From an uncultured candidate division Zixibacteria bacterium (GTDB lineage: Bacteria > Zixibacteria > MSB-5A5 > UBA10806): 64,000 nucleotides of DNA. The position numbers and the translations under genes were made by a program. The stretch spans positions 576,001 through 640,000 of the forward strand of contig CAWFQL010000012.1 of assembly GCA_963817915.1 (NCBI GenBank), written 5' to 3'. The notes below the pieces were generated by a model. It made no database searches, was not told the origin of the DNA, and saw only the letters and a program-made list of their open reading frames with translations. This document shows, piece after piece, positions 9,949 to 19,965 of the stretch (position 1 is its first letter; every line of letters starts with the position of its first letter).

Positions 9949-11262
9949 ATGGCCGAAATAAAAAAGTCAGAGCATCTCATTGTAAATGGCGATTCTCGCG
10001 ATATGTCTCAAATTCCGGATGAGGCTGTCCAACTAGTTATTACATCACCTCCTTATTGGCAATTGAAAGATTATGGCCATAAAGATCAAATTGGCTTTGA
10101 CGATTCTTATGAGAATTATATTAATAACCTGAATCTTGTTTGGAATGAATGTTTTAGAGTTTTATCTCCAGGATGCCGGTTGTGCATCAACATAGGCGAC
10201 CAATTCGCCAGGTCTGTTTATTATGGCAGGTACAAGGTTATTCCCATAAGAACCGAAATAATCAGATTTTGCGAAACAATCGGTTTAGATTATATGGGAG
10301 CCATAATCTGGCAAAAAGTTACCACTACAAATACGTCCGGTGGCGCTTCCATAATGGGGTCATTTCCATATCCAAGAAATGGAATATTAAAATTAGATTA
10401 CGAATTCATCTTGATATTCAAGAAACTTGGTATTTCTCCAAAACCTTCGAGGGAACAAAAGGCAAAGTCAAAAATGACTATCGAAGAATGGAATCAGTAC
10501 TTTGCGGGCCATTGGTATTTTAATGGCGTAAGGCAGGAAAAGCATCTGGCTATGTTTCCAGAGGAACTCCCGAAAAGATTAATCAAAATGTTTAGTTTTA
10601 CCGACGATACTGTTCTCGATCCATTTTTGGGGAGCGGAACAACATCTCTTGCCGCAATGAATCTTCAAAGAAATTCTGTCGGCTATGAAATCAATGATGA
10701 CTTTTTGCCAATAATAAAATTAAAATTAGGGGTTAATGATCCCAAGCTTTTTGGAGAATCCTCCCAAATCAAATTCATTAGACAAGAATTGCCTAAATCA
10801 GGTTTTTCAGAAAAATTGAAGCAGTTGCCTTATCTATTCCAGGATAATGTCAAGATAGACAAAAAAATCGATCCAAGAAAACTCAAATTTGGATCCAAAA
10901 TTCAAAAGGATGATACTTCGCAGGATAAGTTCCACAGAGTCAGAAGTATTCTTGATGCAAATTTATTGGAATTGGATACCGGCGCGATAATAAAGTTGAT
11001 TGGCATCGAGCCATTAATATCCCGGCGGCTAAAGGCCATAGAATATTTAAAAAAGTTGGTAATTAATGAGCCGATCTATTTAAAATATGATGATGTTAAA
11101 TATAAAGATGATGAAAATTTACTAGCTTATGTTTATTTAAAAAACAAAACCTTCGTAAATGCCAAATTAATAAAAGCTGGGCTTGCAAACCCTGTAATCA
11201 ACTATGACTATAAATATAAAGATAGGTTTAAAACATATTGCGAAACAGCTCAAAAGGAATGA
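9949..11262 (+). CDS. Beta-class N4-C/N6-A DNA methyltransferase with a C-terminal SNase(thermonuclease)-like domain
   Basis: TSPPYW precedes DPFLGSGTT. The C-terminus contains KLIGIE...LLAYVYL...VNAKLIKAGLA. Confidence 0.88.
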   Translation: MAEIKKSEHLIVNGDSRDMSQIPDEAVQLVITSPPYWQLKDYGHKDQIGFDDSYENYINNLNLVWNECFRVLSPGCRLCINIGDQFARSVYYGRYKVIPIRTEIIRFCETIGLDYMGAIIWQKVTTTNTSGGASIMGSFPYPRNGILKLDYEFILIFKKLGISPKPSREQKAKSKMTIEEWNQYFAGHWYFNGVRQEKHLAMFPEELPKRLIKMFSFTDDTVLDPFLGSGTTSLAAMNLQRNSVGYEINDDFLPIIKLKLGVNDPKLFGESSQIKFIRQELPKSGFSEKLKQLPYLFQDNVKIDKKIDPRKLKFGSKIQKDDTSQDKFHRVRSILDANLLELDTGAIIKLIGIEPLISRRLKAIEYLKKLVINEPIYLKYDDVKYKDDENLLAYVYLKNKTFVNAKLIKAGLANPVINYDYKYKDRFKTYCETAQKE

Positions 11263-11871
11263 ATGGATAAAATAAAAATAAAAAACAAGGAAATAGCTGA
11301 GCTTCTTGATATCGAGGTTCCATTATTTCCTAAATATGTAACTCAGATAATAAATCTCGCAAATCAAAACGCGCAGGGTACGCGACCTAAAATAGTTGGT
11401 CAAATGTCCGAATTAGTAACCGAATCAAAATCGCAGAACGTTCAAGAATGGGAAGAATGGTATGCTAAGAATTTTCCTGAATCAATAGATAATGCTACTG
11501 ATAAAATATGGAATATGATCCTGCAATTGAAAGATGCGATTGAAAAGATCGATGAAGAAATGGTAAGAAGTTGGGCAAAAGACCTTGTAATCGCTAAGAC
11601 CTTTATAGGAATGTGTTTTCAAAAGGCTGTCTTGATGAAAATTGCGGAATACAAAAATACAAGCTATCGATTTTCCTCAAAACAAGAGGAATCAAAAGGA
11701 ATTGACGGGTGGATAGGTGATATTCCCGTATCCATAAAAGCGGAAACCTATAAGACAAAAATGGGCATCTCCGAAATCATCAACTGTAAAATGATTTATT
11801 ATTCCAAGAAAAAAGATGGGATATTAGTTGAATTTGAGGATTTCGATGTAACCTCAAAGGAGAACAAGTAA
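11263..11871 (+). CDS. MjaI-family type II restriction endonuclease
   Basis: PKYVTQIINLANQNAQGTRPKIVGQMSEL and EESKGIDGWIGDIPVSIK. Directly abuts the methylase gene. Confidence 0.8.
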   Translation: MDKIKIKNKEIAELLDIEVPLFPKYVTQIINLANQNAQGTRPKIVGQMSELVTESKSQNVQEWEEWYAKNFPESIDNATDKIWNMILQLKDAIEKIDEEMVRSWAKDLVIAKTFIGMCFQKAVLMKIAEYKNTSYRFSSKQEESKGIDGWIGDIPVSIKAETYKTKMGISEIINCKMIYYSKKKDGILVEFEDFDVTSKENK

Positions 11872-11873
11872 AT

Positions 11874-13142
11874 ATGCAATCCGTCAAAGCATCATTACTA
11901 ATAAAAAACGCGGCGCAATTAATCACATTGCATGATCAACAGAAGATCGGGCCTAAGACCGGCAAGGGGATGTCGGATTTGAATATTATAAAAGACGGGG
12001 CAGTCGCGGTTTTTGGATCAAGGATTGTCGCGGTCGGCGAAACCAGTAAAATCCTGAAGCAGATCAAATTGGAGAAAAAAGCTAAAATTGTCGACGCCGA
12101 AGGGAAAGTTGTCACGCCGGGCTTGATAGACCCTCATGCCCATCCAGTTTACGCCGGGACTCGTTCCGATGAATTCGAGATGCGGCTGGCCGGGAAATCA
12201 TATATGGATATCGCCAAGGCCGGGGGAGGGATTGCCTCCACGGTCAAAGCTGTTCGCAAAGCGTCGAAAAAGGAACTAAAAGATAACGGTAAAGTATTAT
12301 TAGAACGGATGCTGTCATCGGGTACAACCACAGTTGAGGCCAAATCGGGGTATGGTTTATCCACCAAGGATGAAATCAAGCAATTAACCGCCATCAAAGA
12401 ACTCAATGAAGAATTGGATATCGACCTTATTCCGACCTTTCTCGGCGCGCATGATATACCATCAGAATTCAAAAAAGACCCCGATCAATATGTGTCATTG
12501 GTATGCGGAGAGATGATACCGGAAGTGGCATCGAAGAATCTCGCTGTATTCTGCGACGTATTCTGCGAAAAAGGCATCTTTACTACGAGGCAAACTCGGA
12601 TAATCATGCAAACCGCGCAAGCGTTCGGACTGAAGATAAAGATTCATGCCGATGAACTCTCCAATACAGGAGGCGCGGAATTGGCGGCGGAGTTTGGGGC
12701 TATCACAGCGGATCATCTGGTTTTTGTGGGAGATGAAGGGATTCACCTGATGCACAAGGCGGGCGTGATCCCCGTGCTTTTGCCGGGGACGACATTTTTC
12801 TTGGGCCTGGAACGATTCGCGCCAGCGAGGAAGATGATCGACAAGGGCCTGCCGATAGCGTTGGCTACGGATTGCAATCCGGGCTCATCGATGATCGAAT
12901 CGATGCCGATTATCATGACTCTGGCCTGTCTATCATACAAAATAAGTCCGGCAGAATCATTGTGCGCGGCTACTCTGAACGCCGCATTCGCGATCGATAA
13001 GGGGAATGAATTGGGCTCGTTGGCGTTGGGTAAATACGCTGATATGGTAATCTGGGATACACCTGATTATCGCGATATTTCTTATCATTTCGGTACCAAT
13101 CTTGTAAAAGATGTAATCAAACGAGGGGAGAAGGTCCGTTGA
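11874..13142 (+). CDS. hutI: Imidazolonepropionase
   Basis: PGLIDPHAH, GGGIASTV, EAKSGYGL, HADEL, ADHL and ATDCNPGS motifs. Confidence 0.95.
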   Translation: MQSVKASLLIKNAAQLITLHDQQKIGPKTGKGMSDLNIIKDGAVAVFGSRIVAVGETSKILKQIKLEKKAKIVDAEGKVVTPGLIDPHAHPVYAGTRSDEFEMRLAGKSYMDIAKAGGGIASTVKAVRKASKKELKDNGKVLLERMLSSGTTTVEAKSGYGLSTKDEIKQLTAIKELNEELDIDLIPTFLGAHDIPSEFKKDPDQYVSLVCGEMIPEVASKNLAVFCDVFCEKGIFTTRQTRIIMQTAQAFGLKIKIHADELSNTGGAELAAEFGAITADHLVFVGDEGIHLMHKAGVIPVLLPGTTFFLGLERFAPARKMIDKGLPIALATDCNPGSSMIESMPIIMTLACLSYKISPAESLCAATLNAAFAIDKGNELGSLALGKYADMVIWDTPDYRDISYHFGTNLVKDVIKRGEKVR

Positions 13143-13630
13143 GGATGGCCCTGTACGCGGCTTTGGTTGCCATGACATTAACCGGTATGTCATGTGGTGT
13201 ATATACGTTCTCGGCGTCTAATCTGGGCGATATCAAGACAATTGCGGTTCCAGTATTTGAGAACCAGACGACAGAAAGCGATCTTGGAAACGCTATGTCG
13301 GATCAACTCTCGAAGGCGTTCGTGGCTGACAACACGGTCAGGGTGGTTACCGCGCAAAAAGCTGATGGCATTTTGAGGGGGACTGTGGTATCTTATGTGC
13401 GTGAGGCTTATACTTATAGCCAGACAGAGGTAGTCAGTGAGTATATTTGCCGGTTGGGCGTGGATATTGAATTTCGGAATCGAAAGACGAACAAAATCAT
13501 CTGGGAAGAGAAAAATCTTTCTAACTGGGGCACATATAATTCCGCCACTGAAACTGAGAATGACGGGAAGCAAAAAGCTGTTGAAAAATTGGTCGCCGAT
13601 ATATTAAATAAGACAGTAAAAGGATGGTAA
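13139..13630 (+). CDS. lptE: LptE-family lipoprotein
   Basis: Lipoprotein signal (GMSC), followed by YTFS..IKTIAVPVFENQT and a C-terminal helix ending in W. Confidence 0.7.
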   Translation: MRMALYAALVAMTLTGMSCGVYTFSASNLGDIKTIAVPVFENQTTESDLGNAMSDQLSKAFVADNTVRVVTAQKADGILRGTVVSYVREAYTYSQTEVVSEYICRLGVDIEFRNRKTNKIIWEEKNLSNWGTYNSATETENDGKQKAVEKLVADILNKTVKGW

Positions 13631-13642
13631 ACGGAGAATAAT

Positions 13643-14650
13643 ATGGGAATACGAAATTCCATGAAAATAATATTTTCAATACTGGCTATTACAGTGATAT
13701 TCGCAAATGTCTCGCAAGCAATTAATTCAAATGCGGGGACTGCCGCTTATCCATTCTTGAAAATAGGAACAGGAGCGAAATCCCAGGGCCTCGGCGGCGC
13801 GTTCGTAGGATTGGCTGATGACGAGACTGCCTTATATTATAATCCCGCGGGCATAACCGCCAAAGGGGTTTGGACTCAGGTCTTCGATGAAATATTAAAT
13901 AAACCGTTAAATGTAGCTCCCAAAAATCGCGTAGCGGCGTCCTATATTAATTATCTTTTGAATTTCCAATATGGATTTGTCGGATATATCCGCGATATTG
14001 ATGAAACGACTTCGGGCGGAGTCTCCGTGGTCTACCAAAATTATGGCACATTCAACAGGTTGGACAGTTCGGGTGTTCAGCTTGGCACATTTGGGGCATC
14101 GGATCTGGCATTCAATCTGACCTACAGCAAACGGATAAAACCCCGAATTTCTGTTGGAGCGACAGGAAAGATTATTTACGAAAATATAGACTCGTATTCA
14201 TCAAGCGGATTGGCGATTGATCTGGGGTTCATGTACCTTGTAAATGACGAGGGCACAACTCGATTCGGCCTAGCTCTAACAAATTTTGGGGCGCAATTGA
14301 AAGGGCTGACATCGACTCATAAAGATAATCTGCCGACCAAGTTTGCCGCAGGTTTATCATCCAGATTGAAGGGATTGCCGTTACTATTTTCAGGAGAAAT
14401 CGGGAAACCATTTGATAATGATTTTTATCTTGCCATCGGGGCTCAAGTAGTTTCCCTGGATCCATTTTTTCTCCGAGTAGGCTGGACCACTGCCGGCAAA
14501 GATTATAAGACCGGAGGCAAGCGAGACTATCTGGGCGGGTTTTCCGGCGGTTTCGGTTACGCATACAGAAATTATAAGGTCGATTACGCCTATTCCTCTT
14601 ACGGCGATTTAGGTTCAGTCCATAGAATCTCATTCGCGGCCGGATTTTAA
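13643..14650 (+). CDS. PorV/PorQ-family outer-membrane beta-barrel (T9SS-associated)
   Basis: FLKIGTGAKSQGLGGAFVGLADD..ALYYNPAG; C-terminal DYAYSSYGDLGSVHRIS..F. Confidence 0.8.
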   Translation: MGIRNSMKIIFSILAITVIFANVSQAINSNAGTAAYPFLKIGTGAKSQGLGGAFVGLADDETALYYNPAGITAKGVWTQVFDEILNKPLNVAPKNRVAASYINYLLNFQYGFVGYIRDIDETTSGGVSVVYQNYGTFNRLDSSGVQLGTFGASDLAFNLTYSKRIKPRISVGATGKIIYENIDSYSSSGLAIDLGFMYLVNDEGTTRFGLALTNFGAQLKGLTSTHKDNLPTKFAAGLSSRLKGLPLLFSGEIGKPFDNDFYLAIGAQVVSLDPFFLRVGWTTAGKDYKTGGKRDYLGGFSGGFGYAYRNYKVDYAYSSYGDLGSVHRISFAAGF

Positions 14651-14653
14651 TCG

Positions 14654-15415
14654 ATGACGGCTACACGTCGAATTAGCGCGAAAAAATATATTTATACATT
14701 TGTGCTGCCGGTTTTACTGGGCGTGGTATTTTTGTCTAATCCGCTATTCGGTCAAGTTGATAGCAGCCGATTGACATTTACGTTGATGACCGGAGATATA
14801 TTGCTGCAAAAGCCCAACTCCGATGGCTGGATAAAAGCCGGTCCCGATAGTTCATTTGGAGTTGGTGACAATATCAGGACGAAAAAAGAATCCAATGCCG
14901 AAATTCACCTTGGAGATACACAGTACCTGAGAATTGCCCCGATGACGATAATCTCAGTCGATAGTGTCCTATATAAAGATCGTGTGCCAGTCTCATTTAG
15001 AGTTATAATCAATTCAGGTGATGTCTGGGGAGATTTGAAGAAGAAGGGGAATTCAACTCGATTAGATATTCAATCCGGCCCGATAAATACCAATATTGAA
15101 AATGGAATTTTTCGGATCAGTGTCGGCGCCGACGGAACGACAGAGCTAAAAATATATGAGGGAACTGCGTCGATCGAGCATTCGGCCGACTCGGCTTCAG
15201 CGGATACATTAACTAAGCCTAAAGCTCTTGAGCATTCAAAACCGGATTCGGCAGTAGCAGAGAATATCACTGCTTGGAAGGCATCTCTTGGCCCAATGGA
15301 AAAGTTGATTGTCACTGCCAAGGGCAAGATCGTTTATACTGGCAAATTCAGCCCTGACGATATCGATGAAAAAAGCGAATGGGTTGATTGGAATAAAAAG
15401 CGGGATTTACATTAG
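14654..15415 (+). CDS. FecR-domain protein
   Basis: N-terminal hydrophobic segment, then GDNIRTKKESNAEI...LRIAPMT and F..V...GTTELKIYEG. Confidence 0.65.
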   Translation: MTATRRISAKKYIYTFVLPVLLGVVFLSNPLFGQVDSSRLTFTLMTGDILLQKPNSDGWIKAGPDSSFGVGDNIRTKKESNAEIHLGDTQYLRIAPMTIISVDSVLYKDRVPVSFRVIINSGDVWGDLKKKGNSTRLDIQSGPINTNIENGIFRISVGADGTTELKIYEGTASIEHSADSASADTLTKPKALEHSKPDSAVAENITAWKASLGPMEKLIVTAKGKIVYTGKFSPDDIDEKSEWVDWNKKRDLH

Positions 15416-15471
15416 TCCGAGATTTTAAACAGAAAAGCTACCGCCTATAGACCGATTTTTTACAATTGACG

Positions 15472-16773
15472 CTAATTTATTTTTTCGATTTTAAGTCGTT
15501 TGACTTTATGGCCCTGTTTTTCGGTGATGGTTATTCGCAAGCCGGCTATTGAAACAGTTTCATACAAGGCAGGAATATGTCCCTCGGAATTGATAACCAT
15601 ACCGGTAATGGATTCAAAGTCGCCATCGGGTCTTTGAACTCCGAATCGATTGCATAAAAGCTCGGCGTCGACATTGGCCATGACGATGGCCGACCCATCG
15701 GGCTTCATAATGATTTCTTCCTCTTCAACATCATATTCATCCTGAATTTCGCCAACTATTTCTTCGATGATGTCTTCCATCGTGATTAGCCCCGCGGTAC
15801 CTCCGAATTCATCGACCACGATCGCAAGGTGAGTTTTTTTCTTATTCATGTCTTTAAGCAGTTCGGATATTTTTTTTGAATCCGGGATAAACATGACCAG
15901 GCGCATAATGTCTTTGATTATGATAAGTTCTCGATGCTGTAGGACATTTAATAGGTCGCGAGTATTGATGATTCCTTTGATGTTATCGAGATTGTCTTCG
16001 TAAACAGGCAGGCGCGAGTATTGCTCGAGCGTGGCAGTCTTCAATATCTCGTCGGGCGGGTCGTTGATTTCCACAGCGATTATCTCGGTTCGGGGAGTCA
16101 TGGCATTGCGGGCGACAATGTCAGTGAATTCGAAAACGGAATGAATGAGCTTATGTTCTTCCGGTTCGAAAACGCCGTGCTGCAAGCCCTCGGACAACAG
16201 AATTTTAACCTCTTCCTCGGTTACGTACGATTCTTTTTTGAAGCCTTTGGGAACGCCAAGCAGTTTGAGGAATAAATTTGTCGACCAGGAAAGAAAATTT
16301 ATTATCACACTCAATATTTTAAGCGACCACCAGGTACCGGGGCCGACCCATAACGCTATTCTCTCGGAATATCGAATCGCCAACGCTTTTGGCACCAGCT
16401 CAGCAAGGACAAGGAATAGGTATGAGAGGATCGCTACGACGAATATGATTGAAATAGATTCAGCACTTTGTTGAATTGCGGGAATCGGAATCGACTGCGC
16501 TATAGGCTTAATTACCAGGACTGCGGTTGCGCCTCCGAGAGCGCTGGCCGCCGATGCTGTTACAGTCATCCCGACCTGCACAATCGCGAAGAAATTGTCG
16601 GGATTATTCTTTAATTTTTCGACAAATCCAGCCCTGCTGTCGCCGGACTGGGCAAGCTCCTTAATCCTGCTTTTGCGGACCGCAATTATGGCGATTTCAG
16701 ACGCCGAAAAAAAACCTGAGATGAAAACTAATATCAGTATAAATAGTATTTCCAGCCAGAACTTTAGATCCAT
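15472..16773 (-). CDS. CNNM/CBS/CorC hemolysin-family (TlyC-like) protein
   Basis: GFFSASEIA, AELVPKALA, MTPRTEI, YSRLPVY and VVDEFGGTAGLITMEDIIEEIVGEI motifs. Confidence 0.92.
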   Translation of the reverse strand: MDLKFWLEILFILILVFISGFFSASEIAIIAVRKSRIKELAQSGDSRAGFVEKLKNNPDNFFAIVQVGMTVTASAASALGGATAVLVIKPIAQSIPIPAIQQSAESISIIFVVAILSYLFLVLAELVPKALAIRYSERIALWVGPGTWWSLKILSVIINFLSWSTNLFLKLLGVPKGFKKESYVTEEEVKILLSEGLQHGVFEPEEHKLIHSVFEFTDIVARNAMTPRTEIIAVEINDPPDEILKTATLEQYSRLPVYEDNLDNIKGIINTRDLLNVLQHRELIIIKDIMRLVMFIPDSKKISELLKDMNKKKTHLAIVVDEFGGTAGLITMEDIIEEIVGEIQDEYDVEEEEIIMKPDGSAIVMANVDAELLCNRFGVQRPDGDFESITGMVINSEGHIPALYETVSIAGLRITITEKQGHKVKRLKIEKIN

Positions 16774-16787
16774 CCGTTAGCCCGGCT

Positions 16788-17639
16788 TTAAAGTCCCTCT
16801 CTGGCGTATTGCTGTAATCTCGCGACTCTTTCCTCGACCGGCGGATGAGTGGAAAATAAGGTCGTAAAGCTTTTGCCGGTCAATGGACTTACGATAAAGA
16901 GATGGGCAGTCGCGGGGCTGCCTCCCAATGGTACCTGCTGACTTTTACTATTAAGCTTGGTCAGAGCCGAGGCCAGGGATAAGGGTTTATGGGATATTTC
17001 GGCAGATGCCCGGTCGGCGCCATATTCTCGTTGACGGGAAATTGCCATTTGCACCATTGCCGCCGCAATCGGGGCCAATATGCCTATAAGCAGGACGAAA
17101 ATCAGATTTCCCCCGCGCGAATCTTCATCATTGCCTCCGCCGAAAAATGGCATCCAGCGCGCCATGAAGGCTACATACGAGATCGCACCCGCTATAGTAC
17201 CGGCAATCGCTCCAACTAATGTGTCCCTGTTTCTTACATGGCCCAATTCGTGAGCCATGACAGCGGTGAGTTCATCGTCATCGAGTATCTGCATAATTCC
17301 GTGGGTTGCCGCCACCGCGGCATGCTCTGGATTTCTTCCGGTCGCGAAGGCGTTGGGGCTTTCTGAGGGAATTATATAGACCTTGGGCATGGGCAAGCCC
17401 GCCATCTGGCTCGATGATCTCACGATTCTATAGAGCCTTGGCTCCGAGGCTTCATCGACGGTCTTGGCGCCGTACATGGCCAGGACTATCTTATCCGAAA
17501 ACCAGTAAGACCCGATATTCATGATCAATGCCATCGCAAAGGCGATAGTAACGCCGGACCTTCCGCCTATCAGATAGCCGACAAAGATTAAAAGTACCGT
17601 AAGTACTACAAATAAAAGAGCGGTCTTAACACCGTTCAT
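16788..17639 (-). CDS. htpX: Zinc metalloprotease HtpX
   Basis: PNAFATGRNP, HELGH, SRQREYGAD and FSTHPP motifs. Confidence 0.95.
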   Translation of the reverse strand: MNGVKTALLFVVLTVLLIFVGYLIGGRSGVTIAFAMALIMNIGSYWFSDKIVLAMYGAKTVDEASEPRLYRIVRSSSQMAGLPMPKVYIIPSESPNAFATGRNPEHAAVAATHGIMQILDDDELTAVMAHELGHVRNRDTLVGAIAGTIAGAISYVAFMARWMPFFGGGNDEDSRGGNLIFVLLIGILAPIAAAMVQMAISRQREYGADRASAEISHKPLSLASALTKLNSKSQQVPLGGSPATAHLFIVSPLTGKSFTTLFSTHPPVEERVARLQQYAREGL

Positions 17640-17787
17640 ATTAATCCTCCCGTAGATTTAAATATCATTTCAAAACAACATAGTCAAGTCAAACAAGAAG
17701 CAACGAATTAAGCCCTATTAAACCAGTTTCTTGTTCCCTTAATGAGTCTTATACGATTATATTTGATTTATTCATGCAAAAATCTTG

Positions 17788-19050
17788 CTATTTTTTTGAG
17801 GCCAATGTCTTTTTGAAACCCTCAATGAGAGGTATCTTTTTGTAGACAGTGACTATAAGAATCAATTCTACGACAATCCAAGCCCAATAAACGAGTGTAT
17901 AATTGACCAAGACCTGTACATGTAATTTATCCCAAAGCCAGGCGCCGAAGGCCGCATTATGGGCTAATGGCATGCTAATTTGGCTGGCGGCGTACTGGAA
18001 AAATATCTGACTTGCCCATAAAATAAATAGGCCGGCCGCTTCATACCATTTGAAGACCATCTTGGATAAAATAACCGCGCCCAATATAGCCTGCGTGGCG
18101 GTAAGCAGGATTTCAGCCCTGTGTGCCCAATCAAATGGAATGCCTGCTACCCTGCCAAGGGCTATGCAGAATACGATTGGTATGATTGCGATTAATAAGG
18201 TCAATTCCGCAATTGCGGATGATGTCATATTCATTAACGCCATTGGAGCCTTGGTAATGCTTTTGGCCCAATAAAACGCGGAGACTTTTTCAGGAAATTC
18301 CGAGAGAAATGGCGCCAACCATTGTATCAGCATGAAGGCCGGCACGCCCATTACGAACGATAATCCTATTGCCGATTCAAGAAACGGATCGGCTACAACC
18401 AAAATCCCGACTCCGCCGACAATGAAGCATGACCAGATGAGAAGATTTCGTTTCCAGGGTTTTCTGGTCAAAATATATTGGGGAATCATTTCAAGGTCGC
18501 TGATGGCTTCTTCATCCTGCGCCGGTAATTTGAGCAAAATTGTAATGTAAATTCCATAGACCGCAAATAAAACCAGAGTGTCAAAAAGCGACAAGAATCC
18601 TTTGATTACTATTACAAAAGAATAGAGCGACGCGACGAAAAGACCCACAATCTCGATCGCGTGCTCATGCTCAAGCCTTATTTTCGGGAAAGCCAACTTT
18701 TTATTTCTGCCCATATAGAAGGCTGAGGCGGTGACATATATCAACGGCCAGCCCAGCCCCATCAGCAGTCTCGACGCGCCGGTAAAATTGGCCGTCATCA
18801 AGCCTATATTGGCGGATGTTGGGAATTTGCCGGCATTCCAGGCGATAAACCCCTCGACCGTAAATTCGGGCAGGGTTTGAATCAATGCCAGCAATGTCAG
18901 CGCAAATGCCTGCGAAACCAAAAATTGAGCGGCTTCAGCGCCCCAGGCGATTACCAGAGCGGCGAAAATTATCGAAGGGAAAGTCCAGATCGCTTGGAGA
19001 GCCGACGATTTTGCGGACGCTTCACTAAGATTTTCCAGATTTTTCAACAT
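17788..19050 (-). CDS. Ca2+/cation antiporter (CaCA family)
   Basis: Polytopic membrane protein with two alpha-repeats (QTLPEF...ANFTGA and SEFPEK...NMTSS). Confidence 0.75.
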   Translation of the reverse strand: MLKNLENLSEASAKSSALQAIWTFPSIIFAALVIAWGAEAAQFLVSQAFALTLLALIQTLPEFTVEGFIAWNAGKFPTSANIGLMTANFTGASRLLMGLGWPLIYVTASAFYMGRNKKLAFPKIRLEHEHAIEIVGLFVASLYSFVIVIKGFLSLFDTLVLFAVYGIYITILLKLPAQDEEAISDLEMIPQYILTRKPWKRNLLIWSCFIVGGVGILVVADPFLESAIGLSFVMGVPAFMLIQWLAPFLSEFPEKVSAFYWAKSITKAPMALMNMTSSAIAELTLLIAIIPIVFCIALGRVAGIPFDWAHRAEILLTATQAILGAVILSKMVFKWYEAAGLFILWASQIFFQYAASQISMPLAHNAAFGAWLWDKLHVQVLVNYTLVYWAWIVVELILIVTVYKKIPLIEGFKKTLASKK

Positions 19051-19056
19051 GATTTT

Positions 19057-19962
19057 TTATCCACGAATAATTTTAGAAACAATATCGGCGCGGGTGATAA
19101 TTCCAACCAGACGCCCATTCTTGATTACCATCAATCTTTCGAGGTCCTTATCGATCATAAAGGCGACAGCTTCGAGGGCAGGTCTTGAGTCCGAAATAGT
19201 ATGGAAACGAGTGTTCATGATATCTTTAACTTTTGTTTTATTATCGCGCAGAAGCATTTCATGCAGCGGCTCAAGTTGAGATAGATTCGCGGAGTTCTTC
19301 AATATCGACTTGTAGTCGGGAATAAAGCTTTTGAGTATATCCTTATCCGTGATTTCGCCGACTATCTTGCCATCGGAATCTGTCACAGGCACGCCGCTGA
19401 TATTATATTTGAACATGATATTTGCCAGGTGTTTCAATCCGTCATCGGGCGATACGCGGGGAACTGTATCGGACATCAGATCGCTGACATTGAGGAATCT
19501 GCTGACTGTGATATTAGTGTTTTCGATTATATTCATTAATTCTTCAACCGATTCCGCCTTTACGATCACATCCAGCATTCCGGGCTGACGGGCGAAATTT
19601 GCAAGGCCGGAAAGTGTTTGCAGATAGAGTTTTGAGATATTCCGCGGTGTCAGAATAAGGAAAATTGCCTTAATCGGTACATCATCAGGGCTTTTATCGG
19701 AAAATCCATATTTGTTAATCCCGAATACTATATATAAATCGGACACCGTGTCGGTGCGAGCGTGAGGGAACGCGAAGCCCCTTCCAAATGATGTCGAGCC
19801 GCATGATTCCCGTTCGATAACAGTCTTGATTATCTCATTTTTGTCTTTATCAGGATATTTTTTACAAAATAGATCTGCCAGCCTTTGGACCGCCGCCATT
19901 TTGGTATCGTCGACTAAAGTTATATCGATCAATTCGGGATCAAAAAATCTGGCAAGATTCAA
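19057..19962 (-). CDS. PTS EIIA(Ntr/Fru)-like domain fused to a CBS pair
   Basis: RE..GSTSFGRGFAFPHAR (phospho-His motif), then two CBS repeats (GVPVTD..GKIVGEITDKD; LVGIITRADI). Confidence 0.85.
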   Translation of the reverse strand: MNLARFFDPELIDITLVDDTKMAAVQRLADLFCKKYPDKDKNEIIKTVIERESCGSTSFGRGFAFPHARTDTVSDLYIVFGINKYGFSDKSPDDVPIKAIFLILTPRNISKLYLQTLSGLANFARQPGMLDVIVKAESVEELMNIIENTNITVSRFLNVSDLMSDTVPRVSPDDGLKHLANIMFKYNISGVPVTDSDGKIVGEITDKDILKSFIPDYKSILKNSANLSQLEPLHEMLLRDNKTKVKDIMNTRFHTISDSRPALEAVAFMIDKDLERLMVIKNGRLVGIITRADIVSKIIRG

Positions 19963-19965
19963 TTT

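Noticed and set aside
11263..11871. Assigning CTAG specificity to the endonuclease
   Set aside because: Family membership does not fix the recognition site, CTAG occurs repeatedly in the window, and I cannot compute depletion.
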